DNA of 64,000 bases from a virus. The stretch covers positions 32,001 to 96,000 of the IMG/VR virus record IMGVR_UViG_3300030329_003470. One strand, written 5' to 3'. The translations under genes were made by a program, and so were the position numbers. Below the pieces are notes generated by a model, which saw nothing but the letters and a program-made list of their open reading frames with translations, made no database searches and was not told the origin of the DNA. Below, piece after piece: positions 35,937 to 44,865 of this stretch. The first letter of the stretch is position 1, and each line of letters begins with the position of its first letter.

Positions 35937-37958
35937 TTATACTAGAGAACTACCTACATTTGCAAGATTATTTTTTGTGTCTTTGGTATTTTTCTCCGTC
36001 ATTGCCCCTATCGTTATTAATTTATTTAAGTGATTTGCCACCTTTTGGTTAGATTCGTTTAACTTGACTAACTCTGCTAGACTGCTTGTATGCACAGTTT
36101 GATCTTCTGCAACAGCAGTGGCTCCTGTACCAGTGGTTGTTGCTGTTGCTTTGTTTTTTAACTGTGTTAAAATAGTTAAAGCAGTACCAAACAAACTGTC
36201 TTTTGGTACAACTGCTTCTTCTCCGTGTAACATTGCCGGAGTTCCTGTGCCAAAATTTTGGAATCCGTCTGTTCCATCTTTAAATTGAAAATTTTTATAA
36301 CGTTTAATTTGAGCATTTATCCAATCGTCATGCTCAGGTGTACCTACTGGTGGTATTTCATGATAACCATAACTTTTGGCTTGTTCCTTGTAAGAATTGA
36401 AGTTACTGGAAGTTGAAGTTCCTGTTTCTGTGTTGTCTTTTTTGAAAAAGCCAGATTTAGAAACCCCGTCTATCCATGCATTTAATTTTGGTAAGGTTTC
36501 TTCTTGAAGTTTCCTCATACCTGTTTCTAATCCGCCCACTACGTCTAGCAACTTAGGCCCATCTTCGTATATAAAAGGTTTTAAAATTTTAAATCTTAAA
36601 TCTTCAAACTCAGTTTTTAATAAATCTGTTGTATCTCTTAATGACACTAAGGTCTCAATGTTGTCGCCTCGTGCAGTCATTTCTTTGTCTAAGTCTTCCG
36701 GATCAACTGCCGCTCCAATTGCCGCCACAACTGCGTTCAACGCCTCGGTAAATCCGCCACCGGCAAGTGCGGCATCACCAAACGCCTCGGCGTTCTGCAT
36801 CACATTACCTGATATGGTTTTGATGCTGTTCTGGAATGCAACTAGGTCTCCGGTATTCTGGAACTGTTTGATAGCCTCATTGAACGCACCGCCTGACATC
36901 GCTGTAAGTTCTCTGCTGGTGTCACTTATAGGTGCACCCAGTCCTATCACTTCTTTGGCCAGTTGTTGTAATGGTCCGGGTAACTGACTAATCCCTAGTG
37001 ATAATGTTTTAGCATCACCGGCCGCCATCTTGGATAACTGTGACTGGAATACGCCATCTGCCGCCATGGCCATGTTTTGGTTGTTTAATTCTTCAACACT
37101 TTGCCCTGTAAGTTTACTCAGTGTTACTAAATTTTTTGTGTATTCTCTTGTGCCATCCAACAATTGAGCCTGTGTAAATCTTGTTGTGTTACCTCTTGCT
37201 CTTTCTAATTCTAAAAAGGTTGTTAGATAACCAGAGGTATCCTCAAGTGTCAAACCAAATTTTGCAAATTCGTTTTGTGTTATATCTCTGAGACTTCTTG
37301 TAAGACCTGCAATTTGAGGCACACCCTGGTCCACCGAGCCAAACAGTTTTGCTAACATACCAGTATTAGAACCTATTAGATCGGTAAATTTTGCCAACGG
37401 CATTCCGGCGTCATATGATGCCTTTCTTAACATCACAATTGACGAACCAAACGATGCTCCTGATTTTGCTAGTTGCATAAACACTTCGGTGTTTGCATCA
37501 ACTTCTCTTCCCAACTCATTTATTAGTTTTCCAGCAACTGGTATATCTTCCATCCCTTCAAGTAAAGATTCAAGGTTACTAATGTCTTTTGTAACATCTG
37601 ATAAAGATATTGCTGTTTTGATCATTGCCGTACCAACGGCTACCACTGCATCTTTTAAAAAGCCTAAGGCACCTGACACTATTCCTAATGGTGTTGCCTT
37701 TAATGCCATTCCAAAGTTTTTTACATCTTTTTTACCGGCTTCTAGTGCATCACTAAATTCGTGTAGAGTACCCTCACCTGCTTTTACTTTTTTCTCGTAA
37801 TCAGTGTAAGTTCTATTCAGTACTTTTTGAAGGTTAACAAAAATCTTTTTAGATCTTGATTCTTTTAAAAGAGTCTTACTGGAACTGCTCATTGTCTTAG
37901 ACAATGCCGCAACTTCCTTACGCAATTTCTCCAGTTCTTCTGTTGTATCTTCTGCCAT
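35937..37958 (-). CDS. Probable tape measure protein
   Basis: 673 aa, Ala/Gly/Leu-rich helical; C-terminal LHGEEAVVP; divergent from the chaperone-like gene pair. Confidence 0.62.
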   Translation of the reverse strand: MAEDTTEELEKLRKEVAALSKTMSSSSKTLLKESRSKKIFVNLQKVLNRTYTDYEKKVKAGEGTLHEFSDALEAGKKDVKNFGMALKATPLGIVSGALGFLKDAVVAVGTAMIKTAISLSDVTKDISNLESLLEGMEDIPVAGKLINELGREVDANTEVFMQLAKSGASFGSSIVMLRKASYDAGMPLAKFTDLIGSNTGMLAKLFGSVDQGVPQIAGLTRSLRDITQNEFAKFGLTLEDTSGYLTTFLELERARGNTTRFTQAQLLDGTREYTKNLVTLSKLTGQSVEELNNQNMAMAADGVFQSQLSKMAAGDAKTLSLGISQLPGPLQQLAKEVIGLGAPISDTSRELTAMSGGAFNEAIKQFQNTGDLVAFQNSIKTISGNVMQNAEAFGDAALAGGGFTEALNAVVAAIGAAVDPEDLDKEMTARGDNIETLVSLRDTTDLLKTEFEDLRFKILKPFIYEDGPKLLDVVGGLETGMRKLQEETLPKLNAWIDGVSKSGFFKKDNTETGTSTSSNFNSYKEQAKSYGYHEIPPVGTPEHDDWINAQIKRYKNFQFKDGTDGFQNFGTGTPAMLHGEEAVVPKDSLFGTALTILTQLKNKATATTTGTGATAVAEDQTVHTSSLAELVKLNESNQKVANHLNKLITIGAMTEKNTKDTKNNLANVGSSLV

Positions 37959-38038
37959 ACGGGTTTATTTCACCTATTAATATACGCATATAAATATTGA
38001 CATATATACGCAATTAATGTATATTTATAGAATAAAAA

Positions 38039-38896
38039 ATGACTGAAAATATCAACCCGTTACAAAAGTATTATAGACAACCAGCAATCTATATCAAACT
38101 GCCTTCTGAGGGCAGGTACTACGATAAAAACGTTTTTACACCGTCAGAAACAGGCGAAATACCAATATTGCCAATGACTGCAAAGGACGAACTGACATTT
38201 AAAACTCCTGATGCTATGATAAACGGTCAAGCCACAGTGGACGTGATTAAATCATGTGTGCCAAACTTGCTGGATCCGTGGAAAATGGTGAACTATGACA
38301 CTGACACAATTTTGTTAGCAATAAGAATTGCCACATATGGTGAAACAATGAATATTAAATTCGGCGTTCCAGTAACAGGTACTCAACAAGAACACACAGT
38401 CAACTTGTCTGCTATTCTAGAACAACTAGGAAAAGTCAAAATACAAGATTACGCAACAACATCCAAAGGATTTAAAATAAAAATTAATCCGTTGACATAC
38501 GATTCTCTAACAAAAATTCAAATAGCAAGATTTGAACAGCAAAAAATATACGGTACAATTAATTCCAGCACATTAACAGAAGAACAAAAACAAACAGCCT
38601 TTGCAAAAAGTTTTGAAACACTGAACACAGTTAATTTTAGTTTGTTGTTGGACTCAATTGGCGAAGTTACAACGCCTGATGGAATCACAGTTACTAACAG
38701 AGAACAAATTATTGAATTTTGTAACAAAGCAGATTCAAAAACAATAAAAGAAATTGAAGCAAAACTTTCGGAGTTGAGAGTACAAGCACAAACTCCACCA
38801 CAGAAACTTAAAGCAACAGATGAGCAAATAAAGGCAGGTGTCCCGGCAACTTATGAAGTACCAATGACATTTGACAACTCAAATTTTTTCGGATAA
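38039..38896 (+). CDS. Baseplate hub / tail assembly chaperone (T4 gp26-like)
   Basis: IKLPSEG, PMTAKDEL, DTILLAIRIATYGE; ends NSNFFG over a slippery sequence. Confidence 0.75.
   Translation: MTENINPLQKYYRQPAIYIKLPSEGRYYDKNVFTPSETGEIPILPMTAKDELTFKTPDAMINGQATVDVIKSCVPNLLDPWKMVNYDTDTILLAIRIATYGETMNIKFGVPVTGTQQEHTVNLSAILEQLGKVKIQDYATTSKGFKIKINPLTYDSLTKIQIARFEQQKIYGTINSSTLTEEQKQTAFAKSFETLNTVNFSLLLDSIGEVTTPDGITVTNREQIIEFCNKADSKTIKEIEAKLSELRVQAQTPPQKLKATDEQIKAGVPATYEVPMTFDNSNFFG
38884..38890 (+). other. Candidate -1 ribosomal frameshift site T_TTT_TTC
   Basis: XXXYYYZ heptamer in the last codons of 38039-38896; the -1 frame is open from 38875 to 39120. Confidence 0.65.
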
Positions 38897-39120
38897 CATT
38901 ACTGACAAAGTCGGATTCTGACATAGTGACCTACCTAAAGGATTTCGATAGTCAAGCAAAAAATATTAAATTAGAAATTCTAAAAGTGTGTTGGTTTATG
39001 AGAGGCGGTGTTACATGGCAAGAAGCATTGAATTTATCGCCTGAAGAACGTGAAATAGTGGCTGGATTGGTAAAGGAAAACATGGCTACTACCAAAAAAA
39101 CAGGTCAACCTTTCTTCTAA
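38890..39120 (+). CDS. Probable -1 frameshift extension of the preceding chaperone (gpGT-like)
   Basis: RITLLTKSDSDIVTYLK...WFMRGGVTWQEALNLSPEERE; only a weak GTG at 38926 with no SD. Confidence 0.6.
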   Translation, partial: RITLLTKSDSDIVTYLKDFDSQAKNIKLEILKVCWFMRGGVTWQEALNLSPEEREIVAGLVKENMATTKKTGQPFF

Positions 39121-39174
39121 ATCATTATATAATACTTTAATGGCAACTAAAAATCCGGATAATTACAGAACATT

Positions 39175-39495
39175 ATGTCTGAACGAGATCTAGTCAAAGA
39201 ACTCAAAACCCAAATCGCTGACCTGACTGTAGACAGAGACGAGGCACTAGCGAAAGTCAAAACCAAAGAGGCGAGACTTAAACAAGTTATGATCAAATTA
39301 GAACACGCCACGGGCGATGTACAGAATGTGGGTCATAGAGTTGCGGAAAGAGACAAAGAAATTGCCACACTAAAAGCCAAACTCGAAACCAAAGACAAGT
39401 TGTTACAAGATGCGTTAAAAAAAATTAAGGGCATATATGAAGACTCGACAGAAAAAGAAGAAGATCAAAAAGAAATCTCAGAAGACGAAGAGTAA
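39175..39495 (+). CDS. Coiled-coil hypothetical protein
   Basis: 106 aa with a heptad-rich sequence. Confidence 0.75.
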   Translation: MSERDLVKELKTQIADLTVDRDEALAKVKTKEARLKQVMIKLEHATGDVQNVGHRVAERDKEIATLKAKLETKDKLLQDALKKIKGIYEDSTEKEEDQKEISEDEE

Positions 39496-39568
39496 GAACA
39501 CTCAACCATTATCACCTGAAACTATCGGCAAACTACTTGCACAGTTAGGACCAATCAAAACCAACTAA
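39437..39568 (+). CDS. Possible small Lys-rich peptide overlapping the previous ORF
   Basis: MKTRQKKKKIKKKSQKTKSKNTQPLSPETIGKLLAQLGPIKTN (43 aa); AAGGG upstream; stop precedes the terminator. Confidence 0.4.
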   Translation: MKTRQKKKKIKKKSQKTKSKNTQPLSPETIGKLLAQLGPIKTN

Positions 39569-39571
39569 CAA

Positions 39572-39619
39572 AGATGGTTTACAACCATCTGAAACTCGCT
39601 TACGCTCGTTTCTTTTTTT
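39572..39619 (+). terminator. Tandem hairpins / terminator closing the + strand operon
   Basis: AGATGGT/ACCATCT and GAAAC..GTTTC hairpins followed by T7. Confidence 0.7.
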
Positions 39620-39633
39620 AACTTAACGCAGTA

Positions 39634-39980
39634 TAAAAAAACTTGAACGCAATTTGCGTCCTATGTGGCAGATGAGCAGTCACAATACGGCTATTTCTAG
39701 CCGTACTGACTTTAACCCATGTGGCGAGTTCGCAGTCACCATACATCGTTACCAAATTGGCCGGGCGGTTGTGCTGTACCCGTTAACTCATACTTCCAAC
39801 GCGAGCCTACTATGCCTTTGTATGATAATTCATAATAGACTTGAGGTTGCTTTTTCTCAGAGCCTCTTCATTTTTGCTGTTTGCATCAAGGGATTCACCT
39901 GTCGCTTGTTAGCCGCATTTCCCTGCTCACTGGTCGAGATGCTATGTTTGCCTGATTGAAATTGTGATGTGCCTATCGCA
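39634..39980 (-). ncRNA. Candidate large structured non-coding RNA (~340 nt), family unknown
   Basis: 46% GC counted over 39661-39960; many stems; TTGACC promoter upstream; terminator-like hairpin plus U7 downstream; no - strand ORF of 60 aa or more. Confidence 0.65.
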
Positions 39981-39982
39981 TA

Positions 39983-40011
39983 TGTTTATATGAGTTTTCT
40001 TTTAAGGTCAA
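39983..40011 (-). promoter_or_regulatory. Sigma70-like promoter for the candidate ncRNA
   Basis: TTGACC (40011-40006), 17 nt, TAAACA (an overlapping TATAAA lies at 15 nt). Confidence 0.5.
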
Positions 40012-40034
40012 TCTTTTTGGCTTTAAATATGATT

Positions 40035-40466
40035 ATGAATTGGCAGTACCAAGGAAAAGACATTGTAGAATTACCAAATGATTGTGTAGGATTTGTTTAT
40101 CAAATAACAAATACAACCAATGGTAGGATGTATATTGGCAAAAAATTAGCAAGATTTAGAAAGTCACGTAGACCTTTAAAGGGCAGAGTTAACAAACGTA
40201 GGTACACTGTGTCCAGTGATTGGCAACATTACTATGGTTCGAGTGATGCTTTAAATGAGGACATTGAAAAATTTGGTAAAGATAATTTTAAAAGAGAAAT
40301 ACTTTTCTACTGCAAATCAAAAGCAGAACTATCATACATTGAAGCCAGAGAACAGTTTGCACGTAAAGTTTTAGAAACTGATGATTATTATAATGGTCAT
40401 ATTCGTGTGCGAATACACGGTTCTGGAATTCTCAGAGAAAAATCTACAAAGGGTATTTTAAAATAG
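40035..40466 (+). CDS. GIY-YIG endonuclease (Seg-like, catalytic domain only)
   Basis: GFVYQITN...MYIGKK, YYGSS, FKREIL, YIEAREQF, YYNGHI; ATG 40035 is 5 nt after TAAATA. Confidence 0.9.
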   Translation: MNWQYQGKDIVELPNDCVGFVYQITNTTNGRMYIGKKLARFRKSRRPLKGRVNKRRYTVSSDWQHYYGSSDALNEDIEKFGKDNFKREILFYCKSKAELSYIEAREQFARKVLETDDYYNGHIRVRIHGSGILREKSTKGILK

Positions 40467-40467
40467 A

Positions 40468-40501
40468 AAAACCCCCGACTAGTAAAAGCCGAGGGTTTAT
40501 T
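40468..40501. terminator. Terminator between convergent genes
   Basis: AAACCC(C)CG...CG(A)GGGTTT imperfect inverted repeat. Confidence 0.6.
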
Positions 40502-40524
40502 TGAATTAATTCAAGTAAAATTCT

Positions 40525-40713
40525 TTACGCCGCCTTAGCCGCGTTTTTCGCCTCTTGAATTTCTTTTCTTCTTGCTTTGATCAATTTAGAAAGATTCGCT
40601 AATGCTTTTCTGGCTCTTGTTGCAGATGCCTTAACACCCTTCTCTGTGAACTTGCCGTTCTCTTCAGAGTAGTTTTGAATCTCTGTCATGATCTGTTCAT
40701 GTGTTTGTGACAT
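40525..40713 (-). CDS. Histone H1-like (Hc1 N-terminal type) small basic protein
   Basis: KGVKASATRARKAL...RRKEIQEAK resembles Hc1 KGNKAAAQRVR; SD AGGAAGG; TTGACA at 40795-40790. Confidence 0.68.
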   Translation of the reverse strand: MSQTHEQIMTEIQNYSEENGKFTEKGVKASATRARKALANLSKLIKARRKEIQEAKNAAKAA

Positions 40714-40758
40714 ATCTTTTTGTCCTTCCTATGTTCGTACGATATAATTAATTAACAT

Positions 40759-41304
40759 ATGTTTAATTTAAGCACACAAGAAGTGGTTTTGTCAATAGAA
40801 AATTCGCCTTTGGTAAATTTAGAAGGATTAGTTTACCAAGAATATGATAATTTTTTTGGTAATAACTTTAATTTAGACGTTAGCAAGAAAGAAAATTTTG
40901 AAAAATTAGAAAATCAAACACATTTGAATCGTGTAAAATTGTCTGATAATGATATTGATTTAAAAAAAATTAAAATACTTTTTATGAATACGCAAATTAC
41001 CAAAGCATTAGAAAAAAAGTTTAATACAAATTTAAAATTTGAATCAGTTGATGTTTGGATTGATGGTAAGGGTTACAAATTAACACCACACGTTGATGAC
41101 TCTAGAATTAAGTTACATTTACAAGTGTATCTTAGCAACGATAACAAAGGCACAACATTATATGACAAGACAAGAAAAGAATTATATACGTTTCCGTTCA
41201 AAGCAAATTTTGGATATGCTTTGCTTAATAATGAACATAGTTATCATGGAGTCGAGGAAATTATAAAAGACGGGAGAACAAGTTTATATGTCAGATTCAG
41301 TTAG
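40759..41304 (+). CDS. 2OG-Fe(II) oxygenase (start uncertain)
   Basis: PHVDD (HxD), LQVYL, SYHGV, RTSLY. Confidence 0.78.
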   Translation: MFNLSTQEVVLSIENSPLVNLEGLVYQEYDNFFGNNFNLDVSKKENFEKLENQTHLNRVKLSDNDIDLKKIKILFMNTQITKALEKKFNTNLKFESVDVWIDGKGYKLTPHVDDSRIKLHLQVYLSNDNKGTTLYDKTRKELYTFPFKANFGYALLNNEHSYHGVEEIIKDGRTSLYVRFS

Positions 41305-42091
41305 CAAAACATTATATCCAATTGAAGACAAATATCTTTTGAAAATAAAAAATGATTTTTTTGCAACTAATCAAAAACAAGTGCAATCAAAAGACTTTAT
41401 TTTACAAGCAAACGAATGGTTTCAAAGTACAAAATTAAACAACTTGTCTGGATGGGACAAATTTACTCATATGGATGTAATGTTAGGTTGTACGCATTTT
41501 ATAGAGGCAACTTGTCTGCGATATGGGTGGAAAATACAGCACCTTCCAAACGAATATCTTTATTATACACTTAACGGAAAACGTCCAACACAAATAGATC
41601 AATTAAAAGAGAATGTACCTTTGATAATAAGTTTACCCATATGGCAATATTGCGATATACATCCAGAATGGGATAAAATTTTAAAGATCTGTGAAGAAAG
41701 AAATATTAATATTCATATAGACGGTGCTTGGTTCCAATCTGCTAGAAATATTGAATTTGATTTTGATCATCCAAACATACAAAGTTTTGGTATGAGTATT
41801 GGAAAAGGACTTGACTTACAATGGAATAGAATAGGATTAAGATGGAGTAGACAAAAATCAATTGATAGTATTACTCTTATGAACCAATGGGATCAAATGC
41901 ATCACACAGCAATCACGTGTGGTTCTTTTATTATGAATAATGTTGAAAAAGATTATGCTTGGAACAAATATAGTGAAGCAAATGAAAAAATTGCTAAACA
42001 AAATTCTTTACAACAGACAAATAGTTGTCATGTATTAAAAGATAATAATAATAATTTATGGGGAATAGGAAAAATTATTTCTAAACAATAA
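41288..42091 (+). CDS. PLP-dependent enzyme (fold type I-like), compact
   Basis: IHIDGAW and SIGKGL...RIG match the Asp and Schiff-base Lys motifs. Confidence 0.6.
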   Translation: MSDSVSKTLYPIEDKYLLKIKNDFFATNQKQVQSKDFILQANEWFQSTKLNNLSGWDKFTHMDVMLGCTHFIEATCLRYGWKIQHLPNEYLYYTLNGKRPTQIDQLKENVPLIISLPIWQYCDIHPEWDKILKICEERNINIHIDGAWFQSARNIEFDFDHPNIQSFGMSIGKGLDLQWNRIGLRWSRQKSIDSITLMNQWDQMHHTAITCGSFIMNNVEKDYAWNKYSEANEKIAKQNSLQQTNSCHVLKDNNNNLWGIGKIISKQ

Positions 42092-43856
42092 TTTCAACAT
42101 CATTAGCATAGTTTGTAAATCCATTTTCTTTTACAACTTTTAGTACTGAATTTACTCTGCTTACCAATTCGTCTTTGTGAGATATTAAAAATATATTTTT
42201 TTGTTGTGTTCTGCTCATGTCTTTTAGCACCGCCATTGAACTTTCAACACCCGATATATCCATACCAGCATCTACAAGTTCATCAATAAACAACAAGTTG
42301 ATCTGTTGATAAAGTGATTCCCATACATCTCTGAATGCCCAACTTAAACTTAATATCAATCTGTTTCTTTCACCTCTGCTTAAATTATCAAAGTCTAGTT
42401 CTCTACCAAGTTCTTCAATACGCACAGTCAAGTCTGGTTGGAAAACAACTGTGTGTGGCAATTTTACTTTGCCTAAGAAAAATGCTAAACGTTGATTTAG
42501 ATATGTTAAGTTTTGTTCAATTATTCTTGTTCTTATAAACGAATCTTTTGCAGTTAACAATTTATATAAGAATTCTTGGTGTCTGTGCAAGTCTTCCATT
42601 TCGTTAACTTTAGTATAATCAATTTTTTGTATTGCCTTTTTAGTTAATTCTTCTATTTGTTCAGCATACGGGTCATTTTTCTTTTCAGTTTGTTCTAATT
42701 GACGTTGTAAATCTTTTAATGAACCTTTATGATTGTATGCTTCATCAATACTGTCATAATAAGTGTCAGGTGTTTGTCCTAGATCACCTATTGTATCAAT
42801 GTCTTGTTGTATTTTTGCAAGATCACTTTTTAATTTCTCGCTGTATGTTTTACTTTCAGTAAGTGTTTCTGTTAATTGTTCAGTTAAATGTTTATGTTTT
42901 TCGTCATGAAGTGATTGTTCACAAGTTGGACATTTTGCATCTTTGGCAAATTCTAAATCAGTTTCTGTTTTTGTTATGTTTGTTTCTGCTTTAGTTAAAC
43001 TATCTTCGTGATATGCTTTTTCTTTGTTTAAACTTAATTGTTTAATGTAATTTTCATTGTGTTTTTGTAATTTTTTGTGTGCATCAAGTTCTGCTTTAAT
43101 GTCTACTTTTTCCAATTCTGCTATTGCTTCGTTAAATTTTGCAATATCTTCTTCTTTTTGTGTTTGCCATGCACTTGATCTTATTTTTAAACTTTCAATA
43201 GATTCTTGTATTTTTTCATTTGATGACATTTTTGAATCTATTTTGTATTTTTCTTCCAGAACTTCTGTTTTAGTTGCCTTCATTTTTTCTTTAAGCAAGT
43301 CTGCTTTTTGAGATAATAATGTTATACCAAGCAACTGCTCAATAATTTCTCTTTGTTCTGCTTGTTTGGTTGCTAAAAATGGTAGTGTATAAGTGTTCAA
43401 TGCAATTATGTTTTTAAACATAGCAAGAGTCATACCAACCAGTTTATTAATTTCTTGTTGTGTTTCTCTGTTTTCACCTTGTGCTTCGTTGCTGTCTGTA
43501 TTTTGTTCAATATTGTTTGCATAGAATTTAAAGATGCCAGGTTTTCTACCTCTTTCAATAGTATATTCTACATTATTTTTAACAAACTTAACACTAACTA
43601 ACATTCCTCTTTCGTTAGTTTTGTTTACAAGATTATCTCTTCTAATGTTTGTTAGTGCTTCACCGTAGAACACATAAGACAATGCATTGATAATAGTTGT
43701 TTTACCTGTACCGTTTCTAGCACCAGCATCATCACCACCCAAGTCTAAGTTTTCACCAATAACTAAAACTAAATTTTTATTGGCAAAGTTTATACTTTGT
43801 GTAGCATTACCCACACTCATAAAGTTTTTAACTGTAAGTTCTTTAATTGTTAACAT
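42081..43856 (-). CDS. Recombination ATPase (T4 gp46 / SbcC / Rad50)
   Basis: Walker A NGTGKTT, CPTC zinc hook, LSRGE signature, LFIDE. Confidence 0.96.
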   Translation of the reverse strand: MLTIKELTVKNFMSVGNATQSINFANKNLVLVIGENLDLGGDDAGARNGTGKTTIINALSYVFYGEALTNIRRDNLVNKTNERGMLVSVKFVKNNVEYTIERGRKPGIFKFYANNIEQNTDSNEAQGENRETQQEINKLVGMTLAMFKNIIALNTYTLPFLATKQAEQREIIEQLLGITLLSQKADLLKEKMKATKTEVLEEKYKIDSKMSSNEKIQESIESLKIRSSAWQTQKEEDIAKFNEAIAELEKVDIKAELDAHKKLQKHNENYIKQLSLNKEKAYHEDSLTKAETNITKTETDLEFAKDAKCPTCEQSLHDEKHKHLTEQLTETLTESKTYSEKLKSDLAKIQQDIDTIGDLGQTPDTYYDSIDEAYNHKGSLKDLQRQLEQTEKKNDPYAEQIEELTKKAIQKIDYTKVNEMEDLHRHQEFLYKLLTAKDSFIRTRIIEQNLTYLNQRLAFFLGKVKLPHTVVFQPDLTVRIEELGRELDFDNLSRGERNRLILSLSWAFRDVWESLYQQINLLFIDELVDAGMDISGVESSMAVLKDMSRTQQKNIFLISHKDELVSRVNSVLKVVKENGFTNYANDVEIIV

Positions 43857-44862
43857 CTAAATCGTTGTAAATTGCTGTTAATATGTTTTTGTCATATGTT
43901 TCAGAATCTACACCTTGTAATTGTTTAATAACAATTTGATCAACACTATCAAATTTTTGCACTTCAACTGTAGGCTGTTGTGCTTGATCAAGTTGTTCTG
44001 GTATTAGTTGTAATTCTCTTAATTGATATTTGTCAATAAATGTTTCTCGTATAAAGTTTGCTTCTTCATAAGATATTTTTATATCCAATGATACTCTTAC
44101 ATACATTTTTGGTTTTAAATGTTTTTCAGGATCTGCCAACAATTCAGATATTTTTATTGTTCTATATCTTGGCATATCCGGCCAATTAATATATTTTGGT
44201 TTGTTGCCGTATTCTATTATCATCATACCACGTTCATCATCCCAAGCGTCTGCGTAGTTGTGCGGAAATGCATTACCCATATAAGTTACATTTGCGTTTT
44301 GTTGTCTTTTATGGAAGTGTCCTGAGAAAACTTCTCCACAATTTGCAAAGTGTTCTGTTTTAATAGTTCCAACATCTGGCATATCTACCATTGCGTTCAT
44401 TTTAAAATACGGAAGTTCAAAGTGTCCAAACACATATTTTTGTTTCATTTTTTGTATTGTTTTCCATTCATCTCCAACCACCCACGGAATAATTGCAACG
44501 TCATCTTCAACAATCCATTCATTAACAAGATGTATGCCTGGAATATTTCTAATATATTCCATTGAATTAATTTCTCTTTTTTCTCTGTAAAATAAATCGT
44601 GATTACCCATTATTACATAAACTTTTTCAAACGCCGCACCTAGTCTTTCCATATTAGATACAGTGTAGTTCATTGTAGAAACGTTGGTTGCTGATCTTTG
44701 GTGGTGCCAATCACCTAAGAATATACAAGTTTCGCAACCGTGTGCTTTGGCTTGTTCAATAAACCAATGAATAAAAGATTCACAATCATCATTGTGTACT
44801 CTAGAATTTCCTTTTAATCCAAAGTGTATGTCTGTAAAACAAGCGACTTTTTTAAAAAACAT
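43843..44862 (-). CDS. Recombination nuclease (T4 gp47 / SbcD / Mre11)
   Basis: DIHFG, GDWHH, GNHD, GHFE, SGHFH phosphoesterase motifs. Confidence 0.96.
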   Translation of the reverse strand: MFFKKVACFTDIHFGLKGNSRVHNDDCESFIHWFIEQAKAHGCETCIFLGDWHHQRSATNVSTMNYTVSNMERLGAAFEKVYVIMGNHDLFYREKREINSMEYIRNIPGIHLVNEWIVEDDVAIIPWVVGDEWKTIQKMKQKYVFGHFELPYFKMNAMVDMPDVGTIKTEHFANCGEVFSGHFHKRQQNANVTYMGNAFPHNYADAWDDERGMMIIEYGNKPKYINWPDMPRYRTIKISELLADPEKHLKPKMYVRVSLDIKISYEEANFIRETFIDKYQLRELQLIPEQLDQAQQPTVEVQKFDSVDQIVIKQLQGVDSETYDKNILTAIYNDLDVNN

Positions 44863-44865
44863 ATA

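Noticed and set aside
39654-39959. 101-aa + strand ORF
   Set aside because: Atypical composition, no promoter or SD, and it lies downstream of a + strand terminator; better explained as the antisense of a structured RNA.
39634-39980. RNase P RNA, tmRNA, or group I/II intron as the identity of the ncRNA
   Set aside because: ACAGCACAACCGCC...GGUGA recalls the RNase P specificity domain, but the GAGGAAAGUCC and AACCCGGCUUA regions are missing; no tmRNA ends, P7 core or domain V; no interrupted host gene.
40035-40466. GIY-YIG gene as a mobile homing endonuclease
   Set aside because: Only 143 aa, no DNA-binding tail, not inside an intron, and has its own late promoter; looks resident rather than mobile.
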